The notes under the pieces were generated by a model. It was not told where the DNA came from. It worked only from the letters and a program-made list of their open reading frames with translations, and made no database searches. Made by a program: the position numbers and the translations under genes. A stretch of 64,000 bases of DNA, taken from Raillietiella orientalis (taxonomy: Eukaryota). The stretch spans positions 6,262,001-6,326,000 of the forward strand of contig JAYWIR010000003.1 in assembly GCA_036172245.1 (NCBI GenBank). Reading direction: 5' to 3'. Shown here in pieces: positions 40,401 to 49,100 of this stretch. How positions within the stretch are numbered: position 1 is the first letter of the stretch; each line of letters opens with the position of its first letter.

Positions 40401-41365
40401 TTTTTTTTTTTTGGAGAGGAAATCTGTAAAAAGCAATTTTTCGTAAAAAAATAAAAATAAATGATTGCTCGAGTGATGGATTTTAGTCAACTCACATAGA
40501 ATCCAATAACGAAGACCTCACACTTTATTAGGAGTTTGTTTTTTCAGAAAAAAAGTGCCTATTTAGTTGTTTATTTATTTGTGTAAACTAAAGCAATGTT
40601 TCTGATTTCTAGGGAATTCCGATGTGGCTGGAAAATAATGAAGTGAAGACAGACATAGAATTTATTGATCAGCTGGTTAAAGTGCTCTTAATGACTCCTA
40701 TGTTCGTGGGTGGAATGGTTGCTCTTGTTTTGGACAACACCATCCCAGGTGAAAGAATAGATTTTCTGTGGCCTTCTCATTTTCTTGCACCCAAAGTACA
40801 CCTTTTCCACCCAATGCAACCCCCAGCCATTCACGAAATGCCAAAGTTCTTGCAAATGTTAATACACTGTGTATTCGATAGTGATGTAAGAGTGAGCTCC
40901 TTTCGCAAAGTATGATAATCCCCTTGCCTCGGGCGTTCTTTTAGCAAGCCTTCGAAACTTTGTGTGGCAAGCAAATAAGCTGCTTGGACTCCAAGCTTTA
41001 GCGAGAAAGATAGGTTACTCTTTTTGCTACGGATTCGGTTTGGGAAACCTCTCGGAATTTAACAAATGGATAATTTCAGGTACAGACGAAGAAAGGGGCC
41101 TTGTTAAATGGAACCAGCATCTGAAGCCTTCAGGCACTCAGATTTCTCAGATGTCTTCGGAGAAATGTTATGGTGTCCCGTATTTGCATCGATTTCTACC
41201 AAAGTAGGTATCGGGAGTACATGCGCTAAAAGTCTTCTTGTCTCCTACAGATACCAGTGGCTGAAGTATGTTCCTTTCTGCCCCGCGTTTTCACCAGGGA
41301 GCCTCGTGAAATTTCCTTGGAAACTAAGGAACACATGGGCTCAGTACACCGTTTCCAGAAAATGA
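25921..41365 (+). CDS. SLC23A: SLC23 family nucleobase/ascorbate transporter (NAT/NCS2), 13 coding exons, 1770 nt, 589 aa
   Basis: Exons 25921-26079, 26197-26354, 29322-29527, 32796-32922, 32968-33088, 33897-34038, 34089-34202, 35872-36011, 36275-36422, 37974-38053, 40613-40748, 41080-41203, 41251-41365 join in frame through GT-AG introns. SLC23 hallmarks appear in order: LYSIDDKPSW..GFQ|HYL (QH motif), RLPIIQG, PWFRVPYPGQFG, IESVGDYY, PPTHAINRGIGIEG, VGSRRV, LQFVDMNSPRNLFVLG, LDNTIPGTDEERG, VPFCP. Orthology to A1 versus A2 cannot be assigned. Confidence 0.95.
26197..26354 (+). CDS. SLC23A: SLC23 exon 2 (HYLMMFSSTLAIP...LQISLGVR)
   Basis: TTCCAG acceptor, AG|GTCAGT donor, TM1-2 similarity. 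Confidence 0.93.
29322..29527 (+). CDS. SLC23A: SLC23 exon 3 (LPIIQGGSF...IQALIGFFG)
   Basis: TTCCAG acceptor, G|GTGAGT donor, motif WQSPMREIQGALI. Confidence 0.93.
30150..31750 (+). mobile_element. Very decayed non-LTR RT-like remnant in SLC23 intron 3
   Basis: Weak ordered motifs: REAFGGI (~30960, cf. NAFGSI), KLGFRV (~31440) and SSKLGTAP (~31530). Confidence 0.3.
32520..32660 (+). pseudogene. Degenerate duplicate of SLC23 exon 9 plus flanking intron, inside intron 3
   Basis: Reads SSLLSIIFSLTSKIGSLFACLPEPILRGLLVPLFGVIA versus exon 9 SSLLMILFSLTSKVGSLFVCLPEPILGGLLFPLFGMIA. It shares the intronic TGTATCTGGGACCCCTTTGAATT but lacks the GTAAGT donor. Confidence 0.9.
32796..32922 (+). CDS. SLC23A: SLC23 exon 4 (ISGVMLKFLTPLTIVPTISLIG...HWGISLL)
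   Basis: TTTGCAG acceptor, GTAAGA donor, motifs PLTIVPT and HWGI. Confidence 0.92.
32968..33088 (+). CDS. SLC23A: SLC23 exon 5 (TLLIVVFCSQYLRNVKVPIP...FQLFA)
   Basis: Follows a 45-nt intron, contains the SQYLRN motif, GTACGT donor. Confidence 0.92.
33897..34038 (+). CDS. SLC23A: SLC23 exon 6 (ILIAVTISWGLC...RTD...PWFRVPYP)
   Basis: TTTCAG acceptor, G|GTGAGT donor. Confidence 0.93.
34089..34202 (+). CDS. SLC23A: SLC23 exon 7 (QFGAPT...IESVGDYYLCAKLS)
   Basis: Follows a 50-nt intron, contains the TM8 ESxGDY motif, GTATGA donor. Confidence 0.93.
35872..36011 (+). CDS. SLC23A: SLC23 exon 8 (APCPPTHAINRGIGIEG...SQNISAISLLR)
   Basis: TTTTCAG acceptor, GTACGC donor, contains the NAT signature region. 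Confidence 0.94.
36275..36422 (+). CDS. SLC23A: SLC23 exon 9 (VGSRRV...PEPILGG...FGMIASV)
   Basis: TTTCAG acceptor, G|GTAAGT donor. Confidence 0.94.
37396..37424. repeat. (AC)n microsatellite
   Basis: About 14 AC units in SLC23 intron 9. Confidence 0.9.
37974..38053 (+). CDS. SLC23A: SLC23 exon 10 (ISYLQFVDMNSPRNLFVLGVSITVGL)
   Basis: TTCCAG acceptor, GTAAGG donor. Confidence 0.94.
39993..40114 (+). repeat. 43-bp direct repeat, period 79 (39993-40035 and 40072-40114)
   Basis: ATTCAArGAAkTCATTTCCATrGACCACAGGGACCACCACGTG occurs twice with 3 mismatches. Confidence 0.9.
40613..40748 (+). CDS. SLC23A: SLC23 exon 11 (GIPMWL...MFVGGMVALVLDNTIP)
   Basis: TTCTAG acceptor, G|GTGAAA donor. Confidence 0.93.
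41080..41203 (+). CDS. SLC23A: SLC23 exon 12 (TDEERGLVKW...YGVPYLHRFLPK)
   Basis: TTTCAG acceptor, GTAGGT donor. Confidence 0.9.
41251..41365 (+). CDS. SLC23A: SLC23 exon 13 (YQWLKYVPFCPAF...VSRK*)
   Basis: Follows a 47-nt intron (CTACAG acceptor), with TGA at 41363-41365. Confidence 0.88.
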
Positions 41366-41448
41366 GTCTCCAGAAACGCCACTGCAAACCTATTTCCCCC
41401 CGTGAGACCACAGAAAAAAGTTTCCCCCTCGGACTCTCGATTCAGATC

Positions 41449-41454
41449 AATAAA
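41449..41454 (+). terminator. Putative polyadenylation signal AATAAA of SLC23
   Basis: AATAAA about 84 nt after the stop codon, followed by T/GT-rich sequence. Confidence 0.5.
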
Positions 41455-42999
41455 TCTCTTCATGCTTTTGTGCTCACACTCGTTGCTTGCGTGCTTTATT
41501 TTATTCGTTGCGACACAGAGTATTCATCAGTGCACCCGCGCCCTACTCTCACCAGCACACGCGTGAGTCTGTTGTTCGCAGATGTATTGTGCAACATCCC
41601 AAGCAAGATGGAGTGCTTCTTTCTAAAGCTTCCTTCCGCCAGCTCCCAGATCACAAGGATGGCTTCGGACGTGATGGCCACATGAAAGGACGCAAGAACA
41701 AGTCTATACCTGGGGGAAAAGGGAGACATTGGCCTTACTTTTCGGTGCCCGCTTCAAAACGCCACCAAAGCGATCCAAATAGGGGAGGGCCCTCTGCTGC
41801 ATGCAGCCATGTTCTCTGTGCCGGATCCCGTTGCCGATATCGTTCTGTCATTCACTCAAAGGTGTTGGAATCTGAGAAAAACCGCCGGTGGAGGGCAGCC
41901 AGTATTCCATTGGGCGTCTCATTCGCAGTCTGTCATTTGGAAAATTCCGGAGCAAGTTGATGACAGAGAGGAATCCTCAGAAAATCAGCCTGAGAGAGGT
42001 ATGTGGCTGAAGGTATGAACTGAACTGTTTATTCATTGTTGATGATGGCAGTCGGCATACTGATATCTAAGCCGAAGAAGAGAGACGAAAGAGAACGCTA
42101 TTGGGATGGTATACTTAGGAACAGCAAATACCTCGAAATTGATTCGTCGGATAATTATCCAAAGTTCGAACAAATTGGGTACTGTTTAGAGAAAGATGAG
42201 GAATGAACATGGCGAAGACAAAGAACTGGTGTAAGTCTGCCAATATGGATACGCACGATGCCCTTCTGCTGAGGTGGTTGAGGATATGTACACTCGCCTC
42301 ATCGTTTTGACCGGTAGTAGAACGAAACCGCTTTGCGATAAGTGGAGTATGGATAAATGTTTATGGAAAAGGAGGACCAGGTTGTTGTAGGGGAGCAGAC
42401 GACCATCAAGCCGAGGATGATAGAAGACACAGTAGTTATTTTTCTTACGTACAAGAAGGATACAGATATTTATGCAAAGCTGTTAATAAATTGAAACCAA
42501 GGATGGCAGAGAATTCAATGAGCAATGGATTCCAAAACTTCTTCAATTCAGCGTTGAAAAACAAGAAGGCATTCCCAGCAAACAAAAAAGGAAAGGAAGT
42601 TGAATTCACTCTATTAGCATCTTTGTGAGCCCTATGGGACATCAGAAGGGAAAAAAGCGACACGGCAAAGAGTCGACCCATATGCTCTATAAAGTAGGGG
42701 TGCACTGTAAGGAAGGTAGCCAATACCACTCTGAGAATGTGAAACATTTCCTTCTCCTCAAAACTGAAGATGAATACCCATGAAATCCGTTTCCGAACGG
42801 GCATGCACATTGGTTTTGCTAGTAAGGAGTATCCATGGGACAATAACGCCTCTGTTCTGGATGTGCACGAGAACCAAGAAGTTTCCATGTGAACAGACAC
42901 TTCGACTGAACTCTCCTTTCCTCTTCGATTCGAGAAACGCTTTTGGCCATTGAGGAAAGCATACAAATTAACGCATGGACTCTCACGTGGTCAACTCTT

Positions 43000-43950
43000 C
43001 CTCGGTCCGGGTCGGTTCGTAGTGACGACGAAGGGCTGAATGGCGGCGCTTACGAAATTCAGAAGATGAAATTCGACTGAATTTTCGTAATTAAGGAAGC
43101 ACGCCTTGAGACAAGATGAATGGATGGGCTTTTTCTCGATAGCTAAGAAGAGAAATCAGACCAAACGAGACCAGCAGCATCTCTGCAACCATACATATGC
43201 GGATTTTTGAAACACAGTAGAAGACGAACGTTTGCATGCGGAGAGAATACAGATTCTTCTTTAAGCTCGCAGTTTACGTAGGAATAAGCATACTGAACAA
43301 AATCAACAAACCTTGATCCATTTCTCTCCTTGATTCATATTTCAACCAAGAGAAATTCAGAGCTTATTCAAGCCAATTGCTAAATCATTAGATGGTCCCT
43401 CGCGCATATTCAGAGAAGTGTTTTAGAAAAGAACGGGGATCGCATTGGGGTTTCAGGTAGGGAGCATGGAATTCATGTTTAAAACAATAAAAAGCTCTCT
43501 AAAATCTAAAGTTAACTCAGGTGCATGGCGAACTTATCTTCGGAAACTGTGATAAGAGACTAACAAAATGAAGATTCCCATACCTTAACGTTCACGCATG
43601 GAATTCTGACAACCTGACATGTCCAGTTATCTCCCTAATGAAAACATCTTAATTAACCGAGCACCGAAGATGCTGCATTCCGTTCATCGTAAGAATGAAA
43701 GAACTTACACTCTTGCTCTCAAGGTGCACCAGAAAATATACCAACGTCTGTCATGACAGTCCAGAGACAAGAGCGACGAAACGATGGTACTCAAGATGAA
43801 TGTTATAAAACCTGTTCTTTCATCATGAAGAGCACCAAGAGAAGTTCCTCCAGTTCCATGGAGTTTCATGATGCATGTATGATTGTACAGTTTATATGCG
43901 GGAATGATCTCTACGTAACCGAATCGTAGATCTGCGTCCAAGTACGAAGG
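43000..43950 (+). mobile_element. Possible decayed Penelope-like RT remnant
   Basis: VF*KRTGIALG (~43420-43450, cf. YxQxxGxAMG), WRTYL (~43526, cf. WxRYVDD), LTFT (~43585) and KVHQK (~43720), with Penelope-like spacing. Confidence 0.35.
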
Positions 43951-44219
43951 AAGCTCATACATTAAGATGTTGGTTTTGAAAATGCTTGCTTCAGCCTAGA
44001 GAGAAACTTTCTTAAAGGCATCCCATTTCAACAAAATTGCAACAAGACTAATCACAATAAAAGTCTTTGCACACTGTAAATTTAGGAAATGCTTCCTGCC
44101 AGGTACATAAAGCGTAAAAACCAAATAAGGAAATTAAGGAAATAAAATTTTTTTGCTAACAAAACTGTTGATGGAATGCCTCTCGAGCATCTTCCGCGAA
44201 TTATGTTTCCTCCGTGTTC

Positions 44220-44545
44220 TTCACGGTTCCTCGGTGCTCTCTTCCGGGTTGAGAGCATGGCCCAGATCATCCGGTTGGGCTGCATTTTTTCTTCTTACAT
44301 GCTTTGCATAGATGCTTCTTGAAAAGAGGATGCAGGTGGCTATCATCCGCTGCCGTAGCCATATCAGTCTTCTCCGGAATTCCTAGGTATTGTAGATACG
44401 TATTGTAGAACATTGTCGTTTTCAGGATCCCATGCTCCAAGTGAGCCGACAGTGATCACCTGCACTTTGGTTATTTTCCCAGTGTTTCCGAGTTGCATGG
44501 CGACATCCTGGTATCTGGCTTCCTTTAAGCACGCGTCGAAGGCCT
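44220..44545 (-). mobile_element. 3' end of a Utopia/NeSL-like non-LTR element: C-terminal restriction-like endonuclease region
   Basis: AFDACLKEARYQDVAMQL..VQVITVGSLGAWDPENDNVLQY, then after frameshifts (including a TCTACAATAC duplication) WLRQRMIATCILFSRSIYAKHV...*. This matches the VGxLGxWDPxNxxVL...SRxIYxxH terminus. Confidence 0.85.
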
Positions 44546-45115
44546 TGTGGTTAACGGCTTCCGCGCGTGGCACCGTGCGTCGCGGGTTCGAATACTCTGG
44601 CAGAAACTGACACCACTGCGTCGTTGGGTTCCGAGTTTCTCCTGCAATGGCGCCGAGACATTCGGGCGTGGCACCGGCGGTGGATAAAGCCGGAGGCCCC
44701 CCGATGAAGGCCAGAACAATGGGAGTCGACCTTCGGGTCCTTCCAGGAATCCAAGGAGTGAGGAGTTCCCCCTCCGGTCGTACAACGGAGATTGGATCCC
44801 CCACATCGGAGGGACCCCTCCGAGTCGCCGCCTCTCCAGAAGAGTGCAAGGAATCCTCCTGCGGGAAGCTGCAGCGCCCCTTCCGAATTTCGGAAGCGTC
44901 CCTTTGGGTTCTCTTCAGAGGAGTGAACAGGAGCGGTTCCCTTGCGGGTTCCCTCCGGAGTAGATGAAATGGAGAGGACCACCCCCTTTCGGGTTGCCCC
45001 CTCCGGAGAGAATGAGGAAGGGATTTTCCTTTGGAGACAACCAGGGTGGGAGGTGCGATCCACCCCATCCGGGGGGGATCCCTCCCCAAGAGTGAAAGGA
45101 ACGGACTCCTAGCCC
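44533..45115 (+). mobile_element. tRNA-headed SINE-like element, copy 1
   Basis: GTGGTTAA (D-loop/A-box-like) and GGTTCGAATAC (B box, 44585-44595) at tRNA spacing. Near-identical to 56950-57640 over the first ~260 nt and in blocks down to GGAACGGACTCCnAGCCC. Confidence 0.7.
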
Positions 45116-45953
45116 AATTTAGCAATAGTGCATAACCAAAGACTTCAGGAGAAGTAATACACCAGGGAAGAACAAAGAGTTGAAAACTGCCTAAATGCAT
45201 GTACATTACAATGCAACGCATGTAACACATCATGCCTACCATATTATGCGAGCGACTATTTATGATGCTATGCATTTATAGTTTGTGTACTTCAATAGCT
45301 AAATTTTTCTACGAGTACATAATAGTATAGAACTTTTAAACTATTCCGAATCATGGATTCCTATTAAAAATACAGTATTATTTTAGATAGACATTTCTCA
45401 ATAGCACAACAATGTACATGTTTCTTCATGCTGAAATGAAAGCTGTACACAGTGTACGTTAAATGTGACCAAACATCCACAGGTCATGAAGTATATTTCG
45501 ATGCGCTATGGACATATGGAATCCTTCAAAGTGATCTCTGGTTTCAAAACCTAAAAGACCAGAACACGGTGACGAAATGTGCTGCTAAATATTTTAAAAT
45601 TAGAAATCACATTAAATCACTGAGCCTTTCGATTTTAGAGAAAATATGCTCTATTGTGTGTGTATGTATTGAGTTTGCGTGGTGAGCATGGGAATGATTA
45701 AAAGTTATGCAGTCCATCCTGTAGTAGTTCTGAGTTTAGCTGTTAACTCAGATCTATTAAGATAATTTATTTATATTTTTTAGCTTTAATTGTATGAGCC
45801 TAAATTTAATTTGTATTTAATAAATACTACAACAAAAACATTCCAAGATGCATCTTACTGATTTTTGGTATTTCTGTTAATATCAGGAACTTTGGTAAAG
45901 TGAGTAAACGAAAATCTCATTCCAGGTTGTCAATGAAATAAGTATATTACAAA

Positions 45954-46109
45954 ATGAATGAAATCAACAGTCCATTAGCTGAACATGAAGCAGCAGTGAA
46001 AACAACTGTCAAATATGACTGGTATCAATCGGAAACTCATGTATTTATCAATCTTTTGGTTAAAGGGCTCAAGGAAAATGACATTAAAATCCAAATTTCC
46101 GACAAACAG
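45954..46109 (+). CDS. SUGT1: SGT1 coding exon 1 (start of CS domain)
   Basis: [19 protein letters not shown], donor CAG|GTACCA, and an in-frame TAA upstream of the ATG. Confidence 0.9.
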
Positions 46110-49100
46110 GTACCACAAATTTATTCACTAATAAGATTATTACGACCGCTTTTCGTAAACAAGATGCTTGTAAACTTAGTGTTTAATACAAAATTTATTT
46201 GCAAAAGCACAAGTGATTAGTAGTGAAATTGGGAGCAAATAAAATTGGCTCAGGCCGTGAATGCAACTTGTAGCCGGACGCTGCGATAGAAAAGGTATTA
46301 TTTTACCCAGAAAAATTTATACCACTTAAAACGGTAAAAACAAAAAATGTGGTTTTCAATTCGAAACACTTGGTTTTCAGTTTCATTTCAACTCCAACTT
46401 ACAACGTTAACTTTCCCAAATCAATTCCTATTTCTGGTTTATAAGGTAAAAAAGTCATAAGATCAGAACTACACAATAGTTCTTTTTCTGTGTTTCAAAG
46501 TAAATTTTCGAGGAAGGGTTACAAATTTAACTGCTAGACAGTAATGAAATTGAAAGATAACCTACAGTGTTGATAATTTGTTTTAAGAAGTAAGGTATAG
46601 ACTTAAGCCACATAAGAATACATCTCATATGGAATAGAAAATGAATAATTTCGTAACGAGCCTGTTTGCAATGAATGTTCCTCAACACATCACCTTGTGC
46701 AAGTAAGCAGTAAATAAAGTTTGTACTTGCAAAGACCAGTTTGTACTTTGCAAGTACAAACTTACATTCATGTTAGCCACCACTGAGATCAATAGCTTAT
46801 CTTATAGCACATTATGTTTTTTAGCTTTAATGTAGGATACATAGAGCAATAGCATCTGCTCACAGAATACGAAACATAGAGAATATTCAATTGAAACATT
46901 TTTGCAGTTTATGAATGCTTCCAGTGTTTTATTCCAAAGTTGCTTGTGCTGTTTTCAAAATTTCTGCATTTCCATGTCCTACTGGTATTACACGTTCTAT
47001 CAAGCAGACTACTAAAAGATTTTATCATGCTGCTCCACAGATTGTTTTTGGACTGAATACGATATTAAATTATTGAGAATTGATTTAATGTAAAATTTGA
47101 AAAATTCGAATCTGGTTCAAACTGTGCAGTTTGAAATTTTGATGTGGTTATCAGAGAGTTTGTTACTTGAATAAAATGCAGTTGCTTTTTGATCTTGAAA
47201 CTTTGTGTTTATATGTAAAAAATATTGATGTGGTGTTTATGTTTGCGATGATGTACAATTGAACTCATTTTAATCAGTTAATTTTAGGAAGAGATGAAAT
47301 TTTTTAATGCTAGATCACCAACCATGGGCATATCGGAAAATTTCATGAATGCAAAAGGCATTTATAGTCATGTAAGGTTGTGGAAAATTTATTTACATGA
47401 ACTTTATTTAGCTGTTAACTCAGTTTAGTGCAGAAAAAATCTGTATTGTTTGGAATGTTAAGAATCCATGCACATGCAACAGTCTTGGTTCTGTTCCTAA
47501 TTCATAAATGGAAAGCTATAAAATGAATTAAGTGTTTTAATTGGAAAAATTAAACAAATGAACGAATATTCATGCATTAAGGCTTGTTAACATTCCATAC
47601 AGATTGAAATGCACAAAGTAGAATGTATACGGGTTTACAAGTGTGATTATTTCAGGCTTGTTTAGGGATTTCTGCTTTTAGAATCTTGTAGATGTATAAA
47701 AACGAACTTTGAAAAATCTGAAGAGAAACAATTTTTACTCATGAAAGAATTAGTATCATCTGAATTGGTTAGCATGATGTATTAACTGTATTGAAATTTT
47801 TGGTAGAAAGAGACAATTATACAAAGGATGCCTGGAATGTCATTAGGAAATACAACAAAGGATAATTAATGGATAGACAGATACATGAGTTCCTTGGTGT
47901 ACACATTTTGGAAAAAGCTCTAGAAAATCTCTGCAAGTTTCCACATGAAAAGCAAAAGTTCCTAAGTGTTTTAATAGTGTGTTTAGTAATTTAATAAGAA
48001 GACATTGCTTGGGATTAATTTCTTCGGAAACGTTTTCAAATGATGTGAGTGCTTTGAAAAAATCAATCCAGTGTTTTCATATTTTAGTACATAGAGATTA
48101 GGGGGAAGAATAATATCTTATGGTATTAACAAAGCTTCTAGGAAGTATTCTGGTACTGATTCTAAACAAAGAATTGACGTAAAGGGTGTTGCATTTATTG
48201 GGAATGCTAGTTTGACAACAATTTGACAAGTTAATTGCATGGTAAAGTCACGTAAATGTTTAGTTAAAAAATTTTGAGTCATAAAGGATGGATATTTTGT
48301 TTGTTGATGGATTGGTTATTTCCCTGGTAGGCATAGTTTAGCTCTATTAGGAAATTATGTTGAGAAGTGTCTTACTTGTGACTGTTTTCATTGTATACAC
48401 AAGGGTTATTCTAATGTATGTAACACTCCTAGTGATGCATACATTGTGAAAACAGTAATCAGATAGATATTGTGAGACAAAGGTATGATTTTGTTAAAAC
48501 TATTCAGTAATCTGAAAATATCATCCAGACTCAACAGGAATTAAAAGGCTGGGCAAGTCAGTGCTCTCAAAGAATGGAATTCTAAAGTGGAATTACATTT
48601 TTCTACAATCTGATTTCATGAGAAATGATACATTGCAAGCGTATTCAAAAACCTCGAAAATCCAGAGAGGTTTGTAAACATCACTAACCATTGGATGATG
48701 TTTAGCAGCATATTGAATTTTCAAGAATGACAGATTTACATCTCATGCAAAATTTCATTCGTATGGTGAAGTCCCTGATGATACAAAGGTTTTTTTTCCC
48801 CCGGATTTGAATATTCAGTGACTCGAATCTTCAGTGTTCTATCATGGATCATCCAAGCACTTTTAGCTTCTCTAAGTTTTTTTTATGTAATGACTAGTAA
48901 TCTTTGATCATGATTATTTGAAAGCAGTTTTTACATCATGTGATTGGCATCCAAAGATGGTGCAGACACCACTCTTTTCCCTGAAACTCAATCAGAAACT
49001 GTTGGGCTAGCATCCACAACTTCATTCAAAGTCTTTCACTATTCGCATGCAATAGCATCAGGAACATGGTATGAAAAAGAATAATTCTGTTGCTAGCCAG

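Noticed and set aside
43950..44220. U2 snRNA target sequence next to the Utopia-like 3' end
   Set aside because: No U2-like sequence is recognisable here or elsewhere in the window.
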